In this document: positions 30,550-37,466 of the stretch, piece after piece
Layout: the number at the start of each line of letters is the position of its first letter
Position numbering within the stretch: position 1 is the stretch's first letter
Source of the DNA: a virus
Taxonomy: Duplodnaviria; Caudoviricetes
Length of the DNA stretch: 39,946 bases
IMG/VR virus record: IMGVR_UViG_3300032216_001993
Location: 1-39,946 of that record
Strand: one strand, 5' to 3'
The notes under the pieces: generated by a model
Database searches by the model: none
Told to the model about the DNA's origin: nothing
Seen by the model: only the letters and a program-made list of their open reading frames with translations
Made by a program: the position numbers and the translations under genes

Positions 30550-33527
30550 TGGCTACATCAAGAACTAAATATTTTTACCCACCTAGACCAGGTAATGGTG
30601 CGGGTACATTTTCCGACAACATTGTAGGTTTACAAACTGTTGAAGGCGGTGGACTTACGCAAGGAAATTTTGAGTTTACAACTGGTGTTACTGAAAAGGT
30701 TAATAGAAAATTCAATGTAGGTGCGTTCTCGGAACCAATATCATTGGATATGTTAAATATTGACAGTTTAGCTGAGAGTAGAAGAATTTTATCAACTCAG
30801 TTCCGAGTATATCCTAATTATGATGTTAGTCAAGTTCTGAATTTTTCAATGTATGGTTCATTAGCAAAAAGATTCAGTGTATCAATTACTCAAATAATCA
30901 ATTATTTTCCAGCATCTTTAGATATTGTTTTTAATTCTTTAGACTATACGACAGGAAATACTGCAATTAACATTCAATATGATATTCAAACTGATGAAAC
31001 ATATTTTCAAGTTAATGTGAGTAGAATTAATAATCCGTTTGATATTGATTACTCTTTAAGTGCTGCCACAAATCTTAATGCTAGAGAACTACAAGTTTCT
31101 CCTTACAGAAATTTGTATGCGACTTATTTGGATTATTGTGTTAGTATTAATGACAACATATATAATGTACTATCATTTACACCATCTGAAACTTTATCTT
31201 CGGGTTACTTAACATTTTACGTTTCAGGAGCTCCATTTGGAACAACTGCGACCACAATTAATGAGGATTTTCAAATCAGACCAAACGATTATATAGTTGA
31301 CAAGACATTTACAGAAACATTTGACGAAGTTGAAAAGTTTTTGGTTAATAGATTAATTAGACCTGAATATACTGCAATATTTCAAGTACCTCAGCAAAAT
31401 GAATATGGTCAAATTTATACTGACTTTCAACAAGTGACTTGGCCAAAAGACGGACCTTGGAATTTAGATATTAGGTCTTTTTTATTTGACAGATACTTGG
31501 AAGAAATTCAAGCAATTGCTCTTAATTTGGACGAATTCAAAACCAATTTAATTTCAAGATTCTTGGTTACAGATTCATTAAAAGAGTTTGATACTTTAGG
31601 GCAGAAAGTTGAAAAGATATTTCAAATATATGGTAGAAGTTTTGACCAAATAAAACAATTTGTTGATGGATTGGCATATATGACTTCGGTTAATTATAAC
31701 CCATCAAACGACATCCCATCGGAATTGTTGGTAAATTTAGCCAGAACATTAGGTTGGTCTTCAAACTTTTCACCAATAACTAACGAGGATTTCTTGGGTT
31801 CTGTGTTTGGTAATACAAACACTCCAACGTATCCAGGTTATGCAAGAGCCTTAACACCAACAGAATTAAACTACTCGTTTTATAGAAATTTAATACTAAA
31901 CGCATCTTATTTATTCAAGTCAAAAGGTACTAGAAGGTCTATTGAATTTTTATTGAGACTGATTGGTGCACCTGATTCATTGATTGAATTTAATGAACAC
32001 ATTTACTTGGCCGACCAAAAAATTAATTTAGACCAATTCTATACTCAATGGGCTCAAATATCAGGGGGTACTTATGTACAACAAAGTCCAAGTTATTTAC
32101 TCAATGACACGTTTAAAGTTAAAGGGCAACTATTCACGGCATTTACTGCGACATCATCTTATCAAGATACAAGTATAAGATTAGTTGATTATCCTATGGA
32201 TGTTGAGGGATATCCAAGAGCGCCACTTAACACTGAAACTTATTTTTTCCAAATAGGTTCGGGTTGGTATGAACAAACTCCACAACATAGAAGTCCTGAT
32301 GAGGTAGTACTCACAGGTAATGTTTATACAGGACAAAATTTTGATATTCAAACGCAATTAATGCCATTCACTTATGGTCAAACATATTTGAATAGATTTA
32401 GAGATTTTCCATATATGAATGAAGGTTTTAAACTTCAAAAAATTGTGGACAATAATAAATCATGGTTACAAGATGATAACAAAATAAGAGTATCAACTCA
32501 AGGTGACTATAATGCTTATTACTACGTTGATAACGAAAAATTAGTATTAAATGTTAAGAATGTTGATTTATTTTTAAATCCTGCTCAGGGTATTGTTTAC
32601 GATGTGTGGGACGAATCAAGAAAATATGACTATCCGATACCTGAATCAGGTTTGACGGTCGGATATCCAGTTCCAGGTGGTGTAGATTGGACATATGTTA
32701 ATCCTGAACCAAAGAAAAAGACATTCTTTGAATTTTCTCAAACATTTTGGGAAAACATGATTAATGTAAGAAATAGACAATACATTACTGATGGTAAAAC
32801 AGGAGGTTATCCTACATTACAATCTATATTTTGGAAGTACATTCAATCGCAACAAACAGTTGGGTTACCCAATAATCAATATACATATCAAAAGTTAATT
32901 GACTATGTAAATGGTATTGGTCCTTATTGGTTAAAGTTGGTTGAACAAATGATACCTGCAACAACTATTTGGCAAGGTGGAGTCAAATTAGAAAATAACG
33001 TATTCAATAAACAAAAGTTTGTTTATAGAAGACAAAGAGGTTGTCAATTTGTGCCTGTTCCTGTTGACCCATGTTATATTATTTCAAATATATTTGATTA
33101 TACATGTTCAACAGAATACGTAGACTTTTTCATATACCCATGGTTGAATGGTGATGTAACCGTATCAAACTTTAGTAGTATATTAGTTAACAGAGTTAAT
33201 AATATGTTGGCATCAAGTGGATTAACATTAAGTCAATGTGTTCAAAACTCAATTGCAACTAATTGGTATGTAGATTTAAAAATCGGTACTGACACAATTA
33301 TTAAAAGTTCATTTTATAATGGATATGGATTAACTGACGTACCAACAAATTCTCAATGGAGAAATGCTTTAATAAATTATTTACCAAATATGTATGAGTA
33401 TGGCTATACATATTTCTTAAATGGTAATACATTAACCATAACTAACTTAACTTGCCAACCTCAAAATTTACAAGAGACTGTTTATTTAAATGTTGGGATA
33501 AATATTAATATAGATTGTACTAAATAA
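30549..33527 (+). CDS. Baseplate wedge protein, T4 gp7 / P2 gpI-like
   Basis: 992 aa. IPSELLVNLARTLGW...ILNASYLFKSKGTRRSIEFLLRLIG...IEFNE is the gpI-type LLxxLAxxLG...KGTxxxIxxxL signature. Confidence 0.7.
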   Translation: MATSRTKYFYPPRPGNGAGTFSDNIVGLQTVEGGGLTQGNFEFTTGVTEKVNRKFNVGAFSEPISLDMLNIDSLAESRRILSTQFRVYPNYDVSQVLNFSMYGSLAKRFSVSITQIINYFPASLDIVFNSLDYTTGNTAINIQYDIQTDETYFQVNVSRINNPFDIDYSLSAATNLNARELQVSPYRNLYATYLDYCVSINDNIYNVLSFTPSETLSSGYLTFYVSGAPFGTTATTINEDFQIRPNDYIVDKTFTETFDEVEKFLVNRLIRPEYTAIFQVPQQNEYGQIYTDFQQVTWPKDGPWNLDIRSFLFDRYLEEIQAIALNLDEFKTNLISRFLVTDSLKEFDTLGQKVEKIFQIYGRSFDQIKQFVDGLAYMTSVNYNPSNDIPSELLVNLARTLGWSSNFSPITNEDFLGSVFGNTNTPTYPGYARALTPTELNYSFYRNLILNASYLFKSKGTRRSIEFLLRLIGAPDSLIEFNEHIYLADQKINLDQFYTQWAQISGGTYVQQSPSYLLNDTFKVKGQLFTAFTATSSYQDTSIRLVDYPMDVEGYPRAPLNTETYFFQIGSGWYEQTPQHRSPDEVVLTGNVYTGQNFDIQTQLMPFTYGQTYLNRFRDFPYMNEGFKLQKIVDNNKSWLQDDNKIRVSTQGDYNAYYYVDNEKLVLNVKNVDLFLNPAQGIVYDVWDESRKYDYPIPESGLTVGYPVPGGVDWTYVNPEPKKKTFFEFSQTFWENMINVRNRQYITDGKTGGYPTLQSIFWKYIQSQQTVGLPNNQYTYQKLIDYVNGIGPYWLKLVEQMIPATTIWQGGVKLENNVFNKQKFVYRRQRGCQFVPVPVDPCYIISNIFDYTCSTEYVDFFIYPWLNGDVTVSNFSSILVNRVNNMLASSGLTLSQCVQNSIATNWYVDLKIGTDTIIKSSFYNGYGLTDVPTNSQWRNALINYLPNMYEYGYTYFLNGNTLTITNLTCQPQNLQETVYLNVGININIDCTK

Positions 33528-33529
33528 GA

Positions 33530-35659
33530 ATGTCGGCATTTAATTATAATATATCGGTAACAGGTGATTGTCAATCAAATTCTACGGGGGCGATATCAAT
33601 ATTCTATTCAGGAGGTACTCCTCCATATACAACTGAATGGATAGAACCTATTGCGTTAAGTGCAGATACAAATCCTGCGATATTATCATCTTTAAGCGGC
33701 AATACATATGTCCTGAGGGTTAATGATAGTACACTACCAATTAACCAAGAATTTTACATTAACATTCCTGTATCAAGTGGGGTTTGTTCAAGTATAGTTT
33801 CTGTGCAAGGAACGACTTGTGCGTTGAATAACGGGTCAGTTACTGGTACATCCACATCAGATTATTCATCAACTAATTATTATCTTTATTTTGCGGATAA
33901 TACTTACATAACATCTGCAACAACTAATACATCATATGTTTCTTTTGGTAATTTAACTGCGGGAACTTACTATATGACAGTTGAGGATTTAGGTGGATGT
34001 TCAGGTACTACTTCTGATTTTATTATTGAAGATTCTGAGCCTTTAAGTTATGGGTTATATATCGTACCAAATTCAAGTTGTGGTGGAACACCAATAGGTA
34101 AAATATTTGTTACAGGTGTTACAGGACATTCACCTTACACTTATTTATGGAATACGGGACAATCAGGTAGTACAATTACAGGATTAACAAGTGGAAATTA
34201 TTCAGTTCAAGTAACTGATAACTACGGTTGTACGTTAACACAAAATGCTTATGTTGCAGATGTTAATCCGATTGGATTGAGACCATTCCAAGCCACACAA
34301 CCTAGTTGTTTTTCATCAAATGGCGCAATCACCGTCCAAATTACAGGTGGAACTGCACCATATTATTATTCTGCATCTACAGGTAACATTTTTGTGGGTT
34401 ATCCTCAAACATGGACTTTATCAGGACTATCTGCAGGACAGTATAACTTTCAAGTTACGGATGCAGCATTATGTACCGTGGTTGGCGGTACTACATTAGT
34501 GACACCTCAGGGAATTGCATCATTAAATATAAGTGCTCAAGGCTCAACTTGTTCAAGCTCAGGTGGTTCAATAACAGTTTCAGTTATTGGAGGAACAACA
34601 CCATATGTTTATACTTTGATTAAACCAAATGGTGATACAATTAATGTTAATAATACACAAACTACACAAGTATTCTCAAATTTATCAACAGGTACATATA
34701 CTATTGTAGTTCAAGATGCGGTTGGTTGTTCATATATGCAAGAAGTAACCTTATTTGCGACAAATACTTTTACAATTTCAACTCAAACAACAGGAACAAC
34801 TTGTAATCAAAATAATGGTTCTGTTTTAGTAACAAAAACTTCAGGAGGTACTTCACCATATACTTATACTTTGGACGGTAACGTAAGTGTGTTAAATACT
34901 GCTTTATCTGCCGTAACATTCAATAATGTTGGAGGTGGACAACACACTGTTACTGTATCGGATGCCACAGGTTGTACTCAAACAACTCAAGTATATGTCG
35001 GACAAAGTGTACCTTTAGATTTTACATTATATACAACATCATGTGGTAATGGTTCAAGTGGAAGTTTGACTTCATTCATTTCTTCAGGTACTCCACCATA
35101 TACATTTAATTGGTCAAGTAATGTTTCAAATAATCCTCAACAAATTCAAGTTACAGGATTAACTGCTGGAACATATAGTTTAACTGTGATTGATAGTACA
35201 GGTTGTTCTTTAAAAAGAACAAGTGTGATTAATTGTGATGCAACTTATGTATCATACCAAACTTACATAATGGGTTCTGAGAAATTTAATGTCCAATCAT
35301 TAACTAAGTATGGTTTATTACAAATGTTAAATGAAGGGTTCAATGATTTAACCTCAGGTAATACAAGTTGTAGTTTAGTTTCCGCAACATTCGGAGTCAA
35401 AGTTTCTGTTAATCCATTAGGGACAACAACGAACTCAAACTTCTTCACTACAACATCTTTAGTAAATGTCCCAACAGACAATCAATATTATGATACTGTG
35501 AAAAATTTATTAAGTTCAATATCGGGTATCGGAAATGTAACTATTGACGATTCCAATAACCAAATAACTATTGAGACAAGTCCTGGTAATACATCACTAA
35601 ATGGACAAGAAATAATCGTGGACTTGACAATAGTTTATGACATTATGTGTATATCATGA
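33530..35659 (+). CDS. SprB-repeat adhesin-like virion protein
   Basis: 709 aa with about 7 repeats of C...GxITVxxxGGTxPYxY...GLxAGxYxVxVxDxxGC. No signal peptide and no T9SS C-terminal domain seen. Confidence 0.8.
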   Translation: MSAFNYNISVTGDCQSNSTGAISIFYSGGTPPYTTEWIEPIALSADTNPAILSSLSGNTYVLRVNDSTLPINQEFYINIPVSSGVCSSIVSVQGTTCALNNGSVTGTSTSDYSSTNYYLYFADNTYITSATTNTSYVSFGNLTAGTYYMTVEDLGGCSGTTSDFIIEDSEPLSYGLYIVPNSSCGGTPIGKIFVTGVTGHSPYTYLWNTGQSGSTITGLTSGNYSVQVTDNYGCTLTQNAYVADVNPIGLRPFQATQPSCFSSNGAITVQITGGTAPYYYSASTGNIFVGYPQTWTLSGLSAGQYNFQVTDAALCTVVGGTTLVTPQGIASLNISAQGSTCSSSGGSITVSVIGGTTPYVYTLIKPNGDTINVNNTQTTQVFSNLSTGTYTIVVQDAVGCSYMQEVTLFATNTFTISTQTTGTTCNQNNGSVLVTKTSGGTSPYTYTLDGNVSVLNTALSAVTFNNVGGGQHTVTVSDATGCTQTTQVYVGQSVPLDFTLYTTSCGNGSSGSLTSFISSGTPPYTFNWSSNVSNNPQQIQVTGLTAGTYSLTVIDSTGCSLKRTSVINCDATYVSYQTYIMGSEKFNVQSLTKYGLLQMLNEGFNDLTSGNTSCSLVSATFGVKVSVNPLGTTTNSNFFTTTSLVNVPTDNQYYDTVKNLLSSISGIGNVTIDDSNNQITIETSPGNTSLNGQEIIVDLTIVYDIMCIS

Positions 35660-36003
35660 TACAAGTAAGGATAACAAGTATTTCAGGGGGTACATACCCA
35701 ATTAATGTTTATATTGCCGATGTTTATGGTAATAATAAATCTTTGCTTGGAACAATATCTTCAGGTGTTCCCCCTACAGTATCTTATAATTCGGTAATAC
35801 CTGCTATATTTCAAACGGCTCCTGAAATAATGTTAATATTAACGGATTCTTCTGGATGTGAAGTATTCCAAATATTAGATTGTACTTTTGGATGTGCTTT
35901 TGCAATCACAATAGAATTGGCATCTTGTATTGTAGATATGACAATACAACAAGCATCATGTTCAGTGTCAATTACTTCAGATTTGACAACCACAACTTCG
36001 TAG
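35656..36003 (+). CDS. Small Cys-containing structural protein (single degenerate SprB-like unit)
   Basis: The ATG at 35656 overlaps the upstream TGA (ATGA) and is preferred over the GTG at 35647. Contains SGGTYP...LTDSSGC. Confidence 0.65.
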   Translation: MIQVRITSISGGTYPINVYIADVYGNNKSLLGTISSGVPPTVSYNSVIPAIFQTAPEIMLILTDSSGCEVFQILDCTFGCAFAITIELASCIVDMTIQQASCSVSITSDLTTTTS

Positions 36004-36069
36004 TTTTAATATTAATTTTCCTAAAAAAATCTTTTTCATTCAAGTTTTAATGAAATCTATTGGTCGTGG

Positions 36070-36077
36070 TATTTATT
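36070..36077 (+). promoter_or_regulatory. Candidate late-promoter motif TATTTATT
   Basis: 15 nt upstream of the ATG at 36093, the same spacing as at 21226. Confidence 0.4.
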
Positions 36078-36092
36078 TAATAAAAACCGCGG

Positions 36093-37439
36093 ATGACTAC
36101 ATATTCAATTCTTGTTACCAATAATGCTCCAGGTTGTAATAATAACATAGAGCAACAACTGAGTGTAACAGGGTGTACAACTTATATCGTTAGATTAGCG
36201 TCTAATTCAAATGCACTTGGACCATTTAATGTTTATGTGGACAATTTAATTTATTATTCAGCACAAACAAGAACAGACATGTTAAATGGTGTTGTTGTTA
36301 ATTTGGCTTGTGTTACCCCTTCACCAACTGCAACTCCAACTGTTACCCCAACTAATACACCAACGCCATCTTATGGTAGTTCTCCAACACCAACAGCGTC
36401 ACTTACTGCAACACCAACAAATACCGCAACTCCGACTCAAACTGCAACCAACACGCCAACAAATACAACAACACCAACTGTAACACCAAGTAATACTCCA
36501 ACTGCAACTCCTGGTGCAACATCAACACCAACTCCAACGGTAACTCCTACTAATACACAAACTATAACCCAAACGCAAACTAATACACAAACTATAACTC
36601 AAACGCAAACTAATACTGTAACACCAACAGTTACTCCAACAAACACTGCAACATACACACCAACACCAACTAACACACAAACTAATACTCCAACACATAC
36701 AAATACACCTACTACAACATCTACTGCAACACCTACTCCAACTGAAACCGTTACACCAACAACCACTGCTACTAACACTCCAACTCCAACCTTAACACCA
36801 ACTAATACTTCTACTCCTACACCAACATTTACACCTACTCCATCATCTACACCAGCTTCATTATTTGCATATGCGTTTATTGACCAAGCGGCGGTGACCC
36901 CAAGAAATAATTTGAGTGCATGGATGCAAGCTAATGGTAGTTCAGGTGGTACATTATTTAAAGGATTTAACGTTGCTGGTTCTTCAGTTCCAGCACTTGA
37001 CCAAGCAACATTTAATAGTCAAATGAATGCTTATATTAGTTATACAGGGTGGGGTGTTTACAATCCTTCAATTGTAGTAACTGGTATAACGTCAACTTCA
37101 GGAGGAGTTGATACTTTTGGACAACCTATACAAGCATATAAGTTCCAAACTGCGGTTATTCCATCAGGAACATTCTCAGGTACAAGTGCTTGGGTAACGT
37201 GGTTTGTATCTACCGCAGCAACGAATGGACAAACATACTCAACAATAAACTATGGAAGTACCTCAGCGGCCTCAGCAACTTTAACACTTCCTGCCACCTA
37301 CCTTGGTTTAGTTATTAATTATTCTGGAAATACAATACCACAAGGTGTATATAAAATGTATACTTCATACGTTTCCACAGAATTTAGGCCGTTGACTGGA
37401 AATTTACCTCAATATTATAGAGGTGGTACATTAACTTAA
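36093..37439 (+). CDS. Thr/Pro-rich mucin-like linker protein (N-terminal Cys domain, ~180-aa PT stalk, C-terminal globular domain)
   Basis: 448 aa with TPTxTPTNT repeats between two beta-rich domains. Confidence 0.8.
   Translation: MTTYSILVTNNAPGCNNNIEQQLSVTGCTTYIVRLASNSNALGPFNVYVDNLIYYSAQTRTDMLNGVVVNLACVTPSPTATPTVTPTNTPTPSYGSSPTPTASLTATPTNTATPTQTATNTPTNTTTPTVTPSNTPTATPGATSTPTPTVTPTNTQTITQTQTNTQTITQTQTNTVTPTVTPTNTATYTPTPTNTQTNTPTHTNTPTTTSTATPTPTETVTPTTTATNTPTPTLTPTNTSTPTPTFTPTPSSTPASLFAYAFIDQAAVTPRNNLSAWMQANGSSGGTLFKGFNVAGSSVPALDQATFNSQMNAYISYTGWGVYNPSIVVTGITSTSGGVDTFGQPIQAYKFQTAVIPSGTFSGTSAWVTWFVSTAATNGQTYSTINYGSTSAASATLTLPATYLGLVINYSGNTIPQGVYKMYTSYVSTEFRPLTGNLPQYYRGGTLT
36312..36854 (+). 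repeat. Low-complexity Thr-Pro coding repeat, including a 30-nt tandem duplication at 36549-36616
   Basis: ACN-CCN codon runs. ACTAATACACAAACTATAACYCAAACGCAA x2 ([10 protein letters not shown]) with one mismatch. Confidence 0.85.
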
Positions 37440-37466
37440 TAAAAAAAAACAAAACAAAACAAAAAA

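Noticed and set aside
1-33527. Bacterial extracellular contractile injection system rather than a phage
   Set aside because: Interleaved T4-like replication genes and phage-style gene packing indicate a phage genome.
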